DNA from: an uncultured bacterium | GTDB lineage: Bacteria > Patescibacteriota > Minisyncoccia > Phycocordibacterales > CAIRYW01 | Length of the DNA stretch: 64,000 bases | Direction: 5' to 3' | NCBI GenBank assembly: GCA_963766885.1 | Contig: CAVYBO010000002.1 | Span: 86,097 to 150,096 of the forward strand | In this document: positions 32,114 through 43,605 of the stretch, in pieces | Numbering within the stretch: the stretch's first letter is position 1 | Layout: every line of letters starts with the position of its first letter | Notes under the pieces: generated by a model | What the model saw: the letters and a program-made list of their open reading frames with translations, nothing else | The model's database searches: none | What the model was told of the DNA's origin: nothing | Position numbers and translations under genes: made by a program

Positions 32114-33355
32114 TTAAGCAAGAAAATTTCTCCTAAACTTTTTTCTATGAAAGCCAATGACAAATCTGTGCGCTTCAGCATTGGAAGCGATAATTTCAGT
32201 TTTATATTTTAGAGCAAATTCTTTGTCCCCCAAAATTTCTCTAGCTTTGTGAGCATCGTCTTTGACTACAGAAACGGCCGGCAGATTAATCCCCTTTTCC
32301 TTTAAAATAAGCCTTATGGCGTTTAGCTGGTTTGTGCCGCCATCTATGACAAAAAGACTTGGCAGAGGCCATTCTCCGTGATTTAGACGTCTGGTAAACA
32401 TCTCTTTGAGTGCTCCAATGTCGTCGGAAGCTACAGCGCTTTTGATATTGAATTTTCTGTAACTATTCTTGTCTGCAGCGCCATTTTTAAACACCACAAA
32501 AACTCCAACTGTGGATTTGCCCGCAAGATGAGCGATGTCGTAGCTTTCTATTTTAAATTCCTTGTCTCCTGTTTCTTTGAAATCTTTTTTGATAAGCGCG
32601 ATGTCTTGGATATGAGTTAACGCGTAAAGAATTTTTTTAATCTTATTTGCTGATTCAAAGTTTTGTTTTTTGGCTTCTAAATCCATTTCTTTTTTTAATA
32701 CAGAAATTAATTTAGAAATTTTACCCGACAACAAAAGTTCGAGTCTTTTGATTTGTTTAGAGTAATCTTTTTTAGAAATTTCTCCAGTACAAGTGCCAGG
32801 ACAAAGTCCGATTTGGCGATTAAAACAAGGCTTTGCAAAGCAACGCTTTCTCATTTGATCTTCATATAGCTCGCACTTGTTGTCTCTGTACGGAATAATT
32901 TTGCGGATTATTTTGAGCGCATCTTTGAGTGATGTGCCGCTTGTGTACGGACCAAAAATATTTTTATACTCATTCCCTTTATTTATTAAATCTTTTTTTC
33001 TGACAATCAAAAGCTTTGGGAAATCTTCTTTTGTGATAACAATACAGTTGAAGCTTTTGTCATCTTTTTCTTTCGTATTGTAAGCTGGTTTGAATTTTCT
33101 TATCAAATCAGCTTCAAGTAAAAGAGCCTCAAGGACAGAATCTGTTGATTTCCATTCAATAGTTTTTGCCGATTCAACCATTTTTTCAATAAGCTCGCTT
33201 CGAGATTCTCTTAGGTCTTTGGAAAAGTAGCTTTTTAATCGGTCTTTCAAGGATGTAGCTTTACCTATGTATAAAATCTTTTTGTTCTTTCCAAGGAAAA
33301 AATAAACACCTGGAGTGCCTGGAACTTTCTTTTTCTGTAAGTATTGACTGTCCAT
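32114..33355 (-). CDS. uvrC: Excinuclease ABC subunit C (short form)
   Basis: GIY-YIG PGVY..YIGKA; IESYDIAH; IDGG; EAHRF. Confidence 0.92.
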   Translation of the reverse strand: MDSQYLQKKKVPGTPGVYFFLGKNKKILYIGKATSLKDRLKSYFSKDLRESRSELIEKMVESAKTIEWKSTDSVLEALLLEADLIRKFKPAYNTKEKDDKSFNCIVITKEDFPKLLIVRKKDLINKGNEYKNIFGPYTSGTSLKDALKIIRKIIPYRDNKCELYEDQMRKRCFAKPCFNRQIGLCPGTCTGEISKKDYSKQIKRLELLLSGKISKLISVLKKEMDLEAKKQNFESANKIKKILYALTHIQDIALIKKDFKETGDKEFKIESYDIAHLAGKSTVGVFVVFKNGAADKNSYRKFNIKSAVASDDIGALKEMFTRRLNHGEWPLPSLFVIDGGTNQLNAIRLILKEKGINLPAVSVVKDDAHKAREILGDKEFALKYKTEIIASNAEAHRFVIGFHRKKFRRNFLA

Positions 33356-33383
33356 ATAATAGTGTGGTATAAAATTGTTAGTT

Positions 33384-33668
33384 ATGACTAGAGATTACTA
33401 CAGTTCTTTTTTGGCACACACTGCGCCGGTTTCAACCAGTGACACTTCACTTGAAGATGCGCTGGCAGATCTTGCAAAGCTCGACGAAAAGTACCATCAG
33501 ATAATGCCTGGTTCTTCTATACCAAGCTCGGAAATGATCATCAAGTTGGCAACCATGTGCGGAATCGGTGAAGGTGTTTCGGCAAGAACGCCTATGCCGA
33601 CGCTAGTGAACAAGATAAGTACTCGTGCCAAAATACGCCTTCAGCAACTAAAGCAGCAACAGTCCTAA
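33384..33668 (+). CDS. Orphan hypothetical protein
   Basis: Fills the uvrC-uvrA gap in opposite orientation; -10-like TATAAAAT upstream; hairpin over the stop. Confidence 0.6.
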   Translation: MTRDYYSSFLAHTAPVSTSDTSLEDALADLAKLDEKYHQIMPGSSIPSSEMIIKLATMCGIGEGVSARTPMPTLVNKISTRAKIRLQQLKQQQS

Positions 33669-33684
33669 ATAAGGGCTGTATTTT

Positions 33685-36306
33685 TTATAGAACTTTCTTT
33701 AAATATTTTCCGGTGTAGCTTTTTGGATTATTCGCCACTTCTTCCGGAGTCCCTTTGGCCACCAATTGCCCGCCACCAACTCCGCCTTCAGGTCCGATAT
33801 CAATAATATAATCCGCAGACTTTATTACGTCCATATTGTGTTCGATTACAAGCACTGTGTTTCCGTGCGACACAAGACGTTCTAAAATTTCAATAAGTTT
33901 TTTAACATCTTCATAATGCAATCCGATTGTTGGCTCATCCAAAAGATAAATTGTTTTTTGCAAATGAGCGCGATAAAGTTCTGAAGAAATTTTGACTCTT
34001 TGCGCCTCTCCTCCAGAAAGAGTTGTCGCAGATTGTCCAAGCTGAAGATAGGAAAGACCGACTTCATCAAGCATTTTTAAGCGATCATAAATTGAAGGGA
34101 TGTCTTCAAAAAATACAATTGCTTCTTCGATGGTCATCTTGAGCACATCATAAATACTTTTCTTTTTGTATTTGATTTCCAAGGTTTCTTTCATGAATCG
34201 TTTTCCATTGCAGACATCACAAGTCACATAAACAGTCGGTAAAAAATGCATCTCAACTTCTATTACACCGTTTCCTTGGCATGTTTCGCAGCGTCCGCCT
34301 TTGACATTAAAGGAAAATCTGGACGCGCTCCAACCTCGCACTTTGGCTTCTGGACTTGCGGCAAACATATCGCGAATGTGCGTCCAAGCGCCTGTATAAG
34401 TTGCGGGATTGGATCTCGGCGTTCTGCCAATTGGAGACTGATCGATCAAAACTGTTCTGCCTATGTATTCTGTTCCAGTAATAGTACTGCAATTATGAAT
34501 TTGGGCGCTTCTATGTTTTCTATCCAGTTTTGCAAGTAAATTTTTATGCAAAATTTCATAAACAAAAGAAGACTTACCGCTTCCAGAAACTCCTGTCACA
34601 GCCACAAGTCTTCCTAGCGGAACTTCAACATTCATATTTTTGATATTAAATATTTTTCCACCTGCAATTTTGATTGCGCCTTTATTTTCTGTTCGTCTTT
34701 TTTCTGGAACTTCAATTTTCATCTCACCTCTCAAATATGCAAGCGTTTGTGAGCTAGAAGTATTTTTCTTAGCTGTAATTAATTCATCCAAATATCCAGA
34801 GACAACAACTTCTCCACCGTGCACTCCTGCGCCTGGCCCAATGTCTACAATAAAATCTGAAGAAAACATTGTGTCTTCGTCGTGTTCGACCACCAAAATT
34901 GTGTTGCCTAGATTGCGTAAATTAATCAATGTTTTAATAAGTTTTTCGTTGTCTCTTTGATGAAGTCCTATTGTGGGTTCATCCAAAACGTACAAAGCAC
35001 CCACAAGATGGCTTCCGAGCTGAGTTGCAAGCCTAATTCTTTGGGCTTCTCCACCCGAAAGCGTGCCCGCGCGCCTGTCCAAAGACAAATATTCAATCCC
35101 AACATCGATCATAAAATCCAAACGAGCGAGAATTTCCTTGATAACAACTTTAGAAATTTCTTTTTCGTTTGGTGTTAGATTAATTTTTGTGAAAAATTCC
35201 TTGGCGTCTTTAATAGAAAGCGCAGTCAGATTGACGATGTTTTGTTTTGAAGATTCTAGTTTGCTGTCGTATAGAAAAACATTTAAAGCCTCAGGCCTTA
35301 AGCGCGCGCCGAGGCAAACTGGACAAGGTTCATCAACAAAAAAGTCTCTTGTACCCAAGCCGTTACACTCTGGACAAGCTCCATACGGAGAGTTGAAAGA
35401 AAATAGCCTTGGTTCGATTTCTGGATATGAAAATCCGTCATAAGGGCACATAAATTTGGAAGATATGAGCTTGGATTCAAATGGTATGACAATTTTCAAA
35501 AGTCCGTTTGATTCTGTAAGTGCGCGCTCAATTGATTCGCTAAGACGCTCCAAAAAGCTTTTGTTCTTTTCCTTTAATTCAGAAAAATAAAATTCATCTA
35601 CCAAAATATCGATATCGTGCTTTTTGTTTTTGGAAATTTCAACACGTTCGCGCAAGCTCACTTCCTTGCCGTCAATCAAGGCTTTTTCAAATCCTTTACC
35701 AAGCATATCGTAAAGCATCTGGTAATACTCACCTTTTCTACCCAAAACAACTGGAGCATAAATTTTGAATGTCGCCGTGCCAACTTTGACACCCATCACT
35801 TTTTTGGAAGTTTCTTTGTCGGCTACACCTTCAACGGTTTCAATGATCGTCTCTAGAATTTCTTCTTTGGAAAGTTTCTTAATTTCTCTGCCGCAGATCA
35901 AACAATGTGGTTTGCCTATGCGGGCAAAAAGAATTCGGAGGTAGTCGTAAATTTCTGTAATCGTAGCAACCGTGGAACGAGGATTGTTGGATCTAGATTT
36001 TTGATCAATCGAAATTGCTGGTGAAAGCCCTGTAATTTCATCAACGTCTGGCTTATCCATCTGTTTCAAAAACTGTCTGGCGTATGCAGACAATGATTCA
36101 ATATATCGTCTCTGCCCTTCGGCAAAAATAGTGTCAAAAGCAAAAGACGATTTCCCGCTGCCAGACAGACCTGTGATTGCAATCATTTTGTTGCGCGGCA
36201 TTTCTACGCTGATGTTTTTGAGATTATGTGTTCGCGCGCCTTTGACAACGATTTTTTCAATATCGCTTGGCAGTTTATGAACGTGTTTTTTACTTTCTTT
36301 TTCCAT
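33685..36306 (-). CDS. uvrA: Excinuclease ABC subunit A
   Basis: Two Walker A motifs ([16 protein letters not shown]); LSGGEAQR twice; Zn fingers. Confidence 0.97.
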   Translation of the reverse strand: MEKESKKHVHKLPSDIEKIVVKGARTHNLKNISVEMPRNKMIAITGLSGSGKSSFAFDTIFAEGQRRYIESLSAYARQFLKQMDKPDVDEITGLSPAISIDQKSRSNNPRSTVATITEIYDYLRILFARIGKPHCLICGREIKKLSKEEILETIIETVEGVADKETSKKVMGVKVGTATFKIYAPVVLGRKGEYYQMLYDMLGKGFEKALIDGKEVSLRERVEISKNKKHDIDILVDEFYFSELKEKNKSFLERLSESIERALTESNGLLKIVIPFESKLISSKFMCPYDGFSYPEIEPRLFSFNSPYGACPECNGLGTRDFFVDEPCPVCLGARLRPEALNVFLYDSKLESSKQNIVNLTALSIKDAKEFFTKINLTPNEKEISKVVIKEILARLDFMIDVGIEYLSLDRRAGTLSGGEAQRIRLATQLGSHLVGALYVLDEPTIGLHQRDNEKLIKTLINLRNLGNTILVVEHDEDTMFSSDFIVDIGPGAGVHGGEVVVSGYLDELITAKKNTSSSQTLAYLRGEMKIEVPEKRRTENKGAIKIAGGKIFNIKNMNVEVPLGRLVAVTGVSGSGKSSFVYEILHKNLLAKLDRKHRSAQIHNCSTITGTEYIGRTVLIDQSPIGRTPRSNPATYTGAWTHIRDMFAASPEAKVRGWSASRFSFNVKGGRCETCQGNGVIEVEMHFLPTVYVTCDVCNGKRFMKETLEIKYKKKSIYDVLKMTIEEAIVFFEDIPSIYDRLKMLDEVGLSYLQLGQSATTLSGGEAQRVKISSELYRAHLQKTIYLLDEPTIGLHYEDVKKLIEILERLVSHGNTVLVIEHNMDVIKSADYIIDIGPEGGVGGGQLVAKGTPEEVANNPKSYTGKYLKKVL

Positions 36307-36418
36307 ATAAATATGTAAACAACGGCCATGACAAGCCGTAGATTTATGTGTGAATAATTATAACAGATTTAAAAATTCCTTCTATTGACAAAACCTGTTT
36401 TTGTTATAATTTATTAAT

Positions 36419-36604
36419 ATGTGGACCTTTAAAATAATAAGTTGTGTACTTATGCTGATTGCGGTTACGAACGGGCTTCTTGTTGCCTGTGACTTGTACC
36501 AGAAAATATCTGCGCACGATGATCTAATCTACTTCGCAATCGACTCAACTTTTGCAGTTATGAGTCTTCTTGGGGCAATCGCTTTCAAGAACGAGCAGAA
36601 ATAG
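36419..36604 (+). CDS. Small orphan two-TM membrane protein
   Basis: TTGACA and TATAAT upstream; TCCACC-N5-GGTGGA hairpin right after the stop. Confidence 0.55.
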   Translation: MWTFKIISCVLMLIAVTNGLLVACDLYQKISAHDDLIYFAIDSTFAVMSLLGAIAFKNEQK

Positions 36605-36625
36605 TCCACCCTTGCGGTGGAATTT

Positions 36626-38686
36626 TTATTTCCCAATTTTCTTCCTCTTTGAAGTTTTGCCGAACAAATTTGGATAAGCGTCTACGATTGCTTTTATCTC
36701 GTCGCGGATTATTGCCGCAGTTTCAAAATCTAATTCTTTGACAGCACCTTCCATTTCTTGCTCTTTGAGTTTCATAAATTTCTTTGGATCTTTCTCCATC
36801 AATTCTTTGCCCATCAGCATTTCTTCTTTTACAACTTTGTCGTGGTCAGACTGCATCATATCTGTGATGTCCTGAATTTTTTTGATGATTGTTGTTGGAG
36901 TAATGTTGTGTTCTTTGTTGTATGTAGTTTGGATAATTCTTCTTCGCTCTGTTTCTCTGACCGCGTCTCTCATTGCCTGTGTCTCATGGTCTGCGTATAG
37001 AATTACTCTGCCTTCGGTATTGCGAGCCGCGCGGCCGATGATTTGGATTAAAGAAGTTTCTGAACGCAAAAATCCTTGCTTATCTGCATCAAATATTCCA
37101 ATTACAGAAACTTCTGGAAGATCCAAACCTTCTCGCAAAAGATTCACGCCCACCAAGACATCAAACTTTCCTTTTCTAAAATCGGTGAGAATCGTGATCC
37201 GGTCTATTGTCAGAATTTCGCTATGCAGATATTCGGCTTTTATTTTTTGTTCTTTTAAATATTCAGACAAGTCTTCAGCCATCTTTTTGGTCAAAGTTGT
37301 GCCGATTGCCCTGAATCCTTTTTTGATTTCCTTTTGCGCTTCAATAATAAAATCTTTGATCTGGCCAGGATATTTACTTTTACTCGTAATTGGTTTTATT
37401 TCAACAACAGGATCAACAAGGCCAGTTGGTCTAATTACTTGCTCGACAACTTGCGTACTGTTTTCTTTTTCAAATTTTGCTGGCGTTGCCGAAGTAAAGA
37501 TTATTTGGCCGATCCGCTCTTCAAATTCATCAAACTTAAGCGGCCTGTTGTCTGCCGCAGATGGGAGTCTAAAACCAAAATCAATCAAGTTTTTCTTGCG
37601 CGAAGCATCTCCAGCGTACATTCCCCCAATTTGCGGAATTGTGACGTGAGATTCATCAATAATTGTCAGAAAATCTGGCTTACCGTCTTTGGTTTTGGGA
37701 AAATAACTAAGCAAACTGTCTGGCGGCTCACCTGCAGACTTGCCGGAAAAATGCCTAGAGTAGTTTTCTATGCCGTTGCAGTATCCAACCTCGCGTATCA
37801 AAGCTAAATCATAATTGGTACGTCTCTTTAACCGTTCCGCCTCCAAATTTTTACCTTCTTTTGCAAGAATTTTTAAACGCTCCGCCAATTCACTTTTGAT
37901 AGTTTTGATTGCGTTTTCTCTATCATCTTCTGGAGTGACAAAGTGCTTGGCTGGAAAAAGAAAAAACGAATCCACTTCTTCCACTATACTTCTGGTGATT
38001 GGATCAATTTTGAGTATGGTTTCAATAGTTTCTCCGGAAAAGGAGATTCTAAAAATTACTTTTTCACTAACCGGCATAATCTCAATATTATTTCCCAGAG
38101 CCCTAAACATTCCAGGCTTCAAATCTGCATTCGTCCTGTCAAAGTAAATTGAAACTAACTTTCTGGCCAAATCATTACGGCTGATTTTTTGTCCAGATGC
38201 AATTTTGATATTTACCTTTTCATATTCTTCCGGACTTCCCAAACCATAAATACAAGACACGGAGGCCACGATAATGACATCTTTGCGCGTCAAAAGCGCC
38301 TGAGTTGATGCGTGGCGAAGGCGATCTATTTCTTCGTTTATCTGTGCCTCCTTTTCAATATAGGTATCGCTATGAGGAATATAAGCTTCCGGCTGATAGT
38401 AGTCGTAATAAGAAACAAAATAATGCACAGCGTTTTCTGGAAAAAATTCTCGGTATTCCTGGGCCAATTGTGCTGCTAAAGTTTTGTTGTGGGCAATAAC
38501 AAGTGTCGGCTTGCCTATTTGTTGAATTACATTGGCTGCGGTAAAAGTCTTGCCAGAGCCTGTTACTCCAAGAAGCGTTTGGAATCTTTTACCTGCCTTG
38601 ACGCCCTTTACCAAAGCTTCAATCGCCTTGGGCTGGTCTCCTGCAGGAGCGTATTTTGTAGAAATTTTGAATTCCCTAAGTTCCAT
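36626..38686 (-). CDS. uvrB: Excinuclease ABC subunit B
   Basis: GVTGSGKT, YYDYYQPEAY, DESH, GRAARN. Confidence 0.97.
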   Translation of the reverse strand: MELREFKISTKYAPAGDQPKAIEALVKGVKAGKRFQTLLGVTGSGKTFTAANVIQQIGKPTLVIAHNKTLAAQLAQEYREFFPENAVHYFVSYYDYYQPEAYIPHSDTYIEKEAQINEEIDRLRHASTQALLTRKDVIIVASVSCIYGLGSPEEYEKVNIKIASGQKISRNDLARKLVSIYFDRTNADLKPGMFRALGNNIEIMPVSEKVIFRISFSGETIETILKIDPITRSIVEEVDSFFLFPAKHFVTPEDDRENAIKTIKSELAERLKILAKEGKNLEAERLKRRTNYDLALIREVGYCNGIENYSRHFSGKSAGEPPDSLLSYFPKTKDGKPDFLTIIDESHVTIPQIGGMYAGDASRKKNLIDFGFRLPSAADNRPLKFDEFEERIGQIIFTSATPAKFEKENSTQVVEQVIRPTGLVDPVVEIKPITSKSKYPGQIKDFIIEAQKEIKKGFRAIGTTLTKKMAEDLSEYLKEQKIKAEYLHSEILTIDRITILTDFRKGKFDVLVGVNLLREGLDLPEVSVIGIFDADKQGFLRSETSLIQIIGRAARNTEGRVILYADHETQAMRDAVRETERRRIIQTTYNKEHNITPTTIIKKIQDITDMMQSDHDKVVKEEMLMGKELMEKDPKKFMKLKEQEMEGAVKELDFETAAIIRDEIKAIVDAYPNLFGKTSKRKKIGK

Positions 38687-38732
38687 TACACAACTATACA
38701 AAAAAAACACAGCTACTGCTAATTATAAATAA

Positions 38733-39965
<1,233 letters not shown>

Positions 39966-40493
39966 CTATTGATTCGAGGTTGTAGAAGCCATCTGTTCTC
40001 CTGCTTTGTTGATAGCCATCACCTCAATATCAAATATCAAAGTTGAATTTGGAGGAATAACATATCCACCTTTTCCATCAGGAATTCCTGATTGCCCATA
40101 ACCTAAAAGAGGAGGAACTGTAATTGTAAGCTTCTCGCCAACTTTTGATCCCATCAAGCCTTCGTCCCAGCCTTTTATGACCATTCCTTGGCCAAGTTGA
40201 AATTGAAACGGCGTTCCCCTGTCATATGAGCTGTCAAACTTCGTGCCGTCTGTCAGCGTACCTGTGTAATTTACTGTTATTAAATCTCCCGCTGCCGCGC
40301 TTGGGCCGCTGCCGGGATTTGTAACATTGACTGTAAGTCCTTGATCCATTTGATTTTGATTATTAATTTGTAATTGTCCGTTTGAAGCGCTGTTAAAAAA
40401 ACTTGACCAAAAATTGAATCCTAGGAAAAACAAAAGTGCAACAACCAATGCGACAACGATTGCAATGTATTCATTTCTTGAAAGTTTTTTCAT
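39966..40493 (-). CDS. FKBP-type peptidyl-prolyl isomerase
   Basis: [14 protein letters not shown]; VIKGWDEG; IPPNSTLIF. Confidence 0.95.
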   Translation of the reverse strand: MKKLSRNEYIAIVVALVVALLFFLGFNFWSSFFNSASNGQLQINNQNQMDQGLTVNVTNPGSGPSAAAGDLITVNYTGTLTDGTKFDSSYDRGTPFQFQLGQGMVIKGWDEGLMGSKVGEKLTITVPPLLGYGQSGIPDGKGGYVIPPNSTLIFDIEVMAINKAGEQMASTTSNQ

Positions 40494-40552
40494 ATTTTTA
40501 GATTAAATTTTAATTTTAAGTATTATAGCAGGGTTTTTATGGAGTGCCAATA

Positions 40553-40980
40553 TTATTTTAACAAAACCTTTAAACACTCTGGAAGTTTGTAACATCCATT
40601 ATGGCCACTTAAATGGCCTCCATTTTTTACTAAAATAATTTTTGTACCAAATAATTCTGACAGCTTCTCTCCGTCGCTGACAGGTACGACTTTATCATTG
40701 TCACCATTTTTGATATTTTTTTGCCTTTATATGATTCCAAAAATCGAAGAATCGCAGGAACACCTAAACTATGTCCAACCAAACTTATTTCATCTTTTTT
40801 ATTTATTTCTACGTGCCTAAAAATTTCTTCTACCCATTCAGAACAAACTGGTTTTGCAGGATTTGGCATCGAAAGAGCTGAGCAATAGATTTCCTTTTTA
40901 TCTAATTCGCCCATAAGCCAAGGCCTCCAACCGCCGTTTGGGGTTCCATCATAACCATGTATTAAAAATATTTTTTTCAT
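40553..40980 (-). pseudogene. RBBP9/YdeN-type alpha/beta hydrolase with internal deletion and frameshift
   Basis: IHG..GHSLG in one frame; GDNDKVV...NGGHL...LK* in another frame after ~40705. Confidence 0.8.
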
Positions 40981-40985
40981 ACCTA

Positions 40986-41708
40986 TTATCTTATTACTTT
41001 CCACTCTTTGCTCATTGAACGATGGAAAAATCTGGCAAAAATTGCGTTGCCAAACCAAGTCATAAGCAGAATCGGCCAGCCGGTTTGGTGAGCGCGACGA
41101 GAAGTCTGTAAAACATAAAGACCGGAATCCACCCATGTCCTGCCGATTTTGGCAAGACGAGTGAACATATCGTTGTCTTCGCCCGCAGCAAGCCTGATGT
41201 CATAACCGCCAACTTTTCTAAAAGCTTCCGCTTTCATCATTTGAAAGTCCCCGCCGGCAGCTCCAATATGCAGAACATTGTTCATAATAAAGTAAACCAT
41301 GTTTATGGTATTGAAAAACATTTTGTCGCCGAATGTCGCTTCGTCTTTAAAAACTTTAAAATAGACAGCAACTGCGACAAGGTCTTTGTTTCTATTAAAA
41401 TCATCCAGAATATTCAGGATAAAAGCATTGATGTTTGGAAGATGTACGTCCGCATCCATAAACACAAAATAATCGCCTTTTGCCATTGCAGCGCCGGCAT
41501 TTCTTCCCTCTGCGATTGTTTGCCTGTGGCCTGTTGTGTTTTCTGCAACTTTGCTTGCATAATTTTTTGCAATACTCACTGTCTGGTCTGTGCTTCCTCC
41601 ATCGGAAACAATAATTTCATAGTCAGTGACAGTTGCTTTTTTGAGGAGTTTTAAAGTTTCCGCTAAAACTTTTTCTTCATTAAGGGTTGGAATTATAAAA
41701 GAGATCAT
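40986..41708 (-). CDS. Glycosyltransferase family 2
   Basis: IIPTLNEE, SDGGSTD, FMDAD, GED. Confidence 0.92.
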   Translation of the reverse strand: MISFIIPTLNEEKVLAETLKLLKKATVTDYEIIVSDGGSTDQTVSIAKNYASKVAENTTGHRQTIAEGRNAGAAMAKGDYFVFMDADVHLPNINAFILNILDDFNRNKDLVAVAVYFKVFKDEATFGDKMFFNTINMVYFIMNNVLHIGAAGGDFQMMKAEAFRKVGGYDIRLAAGEDNDMFTRLAKIGRTWVDSGLYVLQTSRRAHQTGWPILLMTWFGNAIFARFFHRSMSKEWKVIR

Positions 41709-42296
41709 TTATATTTTCTGATTGACCAAAAATCTGTTTACAACCCTGAGAGCGATAAATACAACAATAATTATAATGACCACAAATAGCCATTTGAATG
41801 GTGTTGCAACAACAGCATAGACATTTCCAAACAGATAACCAACAGAAACCATAATTGCCACCCACAAAAGGCCGCCGATTAAATTTATCGCTACGTACTT
41901 TTTAAAGTTTATTTTAAGCATTCCTGCCGTGATAAGGGTTGCCAAAGAAAATCCAAAACCCATTGTTAATTTTGAAATCCAGAGAATCAGATTCTGATAA
42001 GCTTTGAACCGCGCCTCAACTTTTTCAATAATTTCAGGAGTAACATTGAGAAATTTTCCGTATTTGTCTATCAAAGATCTAGCCCCGAACCTGCCGACAA
42101 AATACCAGACAACATCAGCTGAAAAATCACCAAAAACAAGACAAAGATACATTGGCACAAAATAAAACTGCCCCTGCTGATACAAAAATCCCGCGCCAAT
42201 CATCACAGCCGGACCTTCAAAGAACGCGCCGAAAAAAAGTAATAGGTATTTTGACGCCTCAAACCAGGCAACAATATTATTCACAAAAATTTCCAT
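41709..42296 (-). CDS. DedA/VTT family membrane protein
   Basis: FEGP..GAG; GD..AD..WY..GR. Confidence 0.88.
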   Translation of the reverse strand: MEIFVNNIVAWFEASKYLLLFFGAFFEGPAVMIGAGFLYQQGQFYFVPMYLCLVFGDFSADVVWYFVGRFGARSLIDKYGKFLNVTPEIIEKVEARFKAYQNLILWISKLTMGFGFSLATLITAGMLKINFKKYVAINLIGGLLWVAIMVSVGYLFGNVYAVVATPFKWLFVVIIIIVVFIALRVVNRFLVNQKI

Positions 42297-42318
42297 ATGG
42301 ATAAAATTATATCATCAA

Positions 42319-42361
42319 CGCAAAATCCCGTCTTGCATTAAAGTTTAGACTGGATTTTGCG
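42319..42361 (-). terminator. Hairpin, likely terminator, downstream of the secreted coiled-coil gene
   Basis: CGCAAAATCC...GGATTTTGCG inverted repeat. Confidence 0.5.
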
Positions 42362-42371
42362 CTTTCAGATT

Positions 42372-43187
42372 TTAGCTTGCAGAGCTTGTTGAAGCCGTTA
42401 CTCCGGCAGAAGCCGAAACTTTTGTTGATTCAATGAATTTTACAATCGTTGATACATCTGCTCTTGCCGCCACTAGATCACTTTTGGCCACCTGAAGTTT
42501 TGATCTTGCGTCTTTAAGTGCGGCTGTATTGGATGCTGCTTTTGTTTTATCTCCCTGATCAGGAGTTAGAGAAGAAACTTCACTAACAATTGCCTGGGCT
42601 TGAGAGCTTGCATCAGCAATTTTTGCGTTCATGTCAGAAAGAGCTGAGGTGACTGTGCTCACATTAAGCGCAGAATTTGCTGATATACGAGCTTGGAATT
42701 TCAAAGCTAATCCTTGCATTATCCCGACAATTGTTTCTACTCTGTCCGCTGCCGCAATCAAGGATGTTTGGGGCAAAACAAGAGCGTATACCCTATAGTC
42801 TCCGGTGATCGACTGAAAATCAGTTTTTAGATCACTTGTTGAAGTGTCCGCATCAATACTTGCTTTCAAGTTTGTAAGATTTGTTACCAGTGTCTGGATG
42901 TTTGTAGAAATTGCGCTTATATCCGAAGCTGAAAGATTTTTCATCCCTTGAATTCGCGTTTGCAATTTGTTCAATGAATCAATTCTTGCTGTAATTTCCG
43001 TATCGCTTCTCTGCTGAATAGCAGCAACAGATAGTTTTGAACCTCCGCCTCCGTGAAGACCTCTGACTCTGGCAGTTCCAGATGCTGTCACGCCAACATT
43101 TACAGTAGTTTGTGCGAATGCTGGCAAGAGCGCTACAGAGAAGGAAGCAATTGTTGCAATGGTTACGATAATTTTTTTATTTTGCAT
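42372..43187 (-). CDS. Secreted helical/coiled-coil hypothetical protein
   Basis: Signal peptide ending AFA-Q; heptad repeats; YRVYALVLP. Confidence 0.8.
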   Translation of the reverse strand: MQNKKIIVTIATIASFSVALLPAFAQTTVNVGVTASGTARVRGLHGGGGSKLSVAAIQQRSDTEITARIDSLNKLQTRIQGMKNLSASDISAISTNIQTLVTNLTNLKASIDADTSTSDLKTDFQSITGDYRVYALVLPQTSLIAAADRVETIVGIMQGLALKFQARISANSALNVSTVTSALSDMNAKIADASSQAQAIVSEVSSLTPDQGDKTKAASNTAALKDARSKLQVAKSDLVAARADVSTIVKFIESTKVSASAGVTASTSSAS

Positions 43188-43228
43188 ATTTTTATTTAAT
43201 AATTTTTAACATTAATATTGCAAGTCCT

Positions 43229-43537
43229 TTAATTTGTTGAAGTATTAGAACTTGCATCAACACTGCTATCGACATTTGAACTATCACTGCTTAGACCCTG
43301 CATTTGCGAATCCAAAGCGTTAACGTCCTGATTTATACCTGCATCAGATGTATTACTTGATGCACTTACACCTGTTTGACTCGCTGGAGAATTGTTATTT
43401 GAACCAGAATTTTGCATTGGATAGTTTTGTTCAGCTGGAGTTGGAGCGTTTGGCTTTGAGCTTACATACCACCAAATTCCTCCGATAATCAGCACCACAA
43501 TAATTATTGCTACTATTGTTTTCCCCGTGTTAGACAT
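43229..43537 (-). CDS. Membrane-anchored low-complexity hypothetical protein
   Basis: N-terminal TM followed by an S/N-rich tail. Confidence 0.75.
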   Translation of the reverse strand: MSNTGKTIVAIIIVVLIIGGIWWYVSSKPNAPTPAEQNYPMQNSGSNNNSPASQTGVSASSNTSDAGINQDVNALDSQMQGLSSDSSNVDSSVDASSNTSTN

Positions 43538-43605
43538 ATTTTTTTATTTATTTAATTTTTTAAAACTCAACCTACCGATATCTATCAGGTAATTTTATCT
43601 CTAAT

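Noticed and set aside
36882-37649. 255-aa plus-strand ORF and similar antisense ORFs
   Set aside because: Shadows of uvrB and other conserved genes with no independent motifs.
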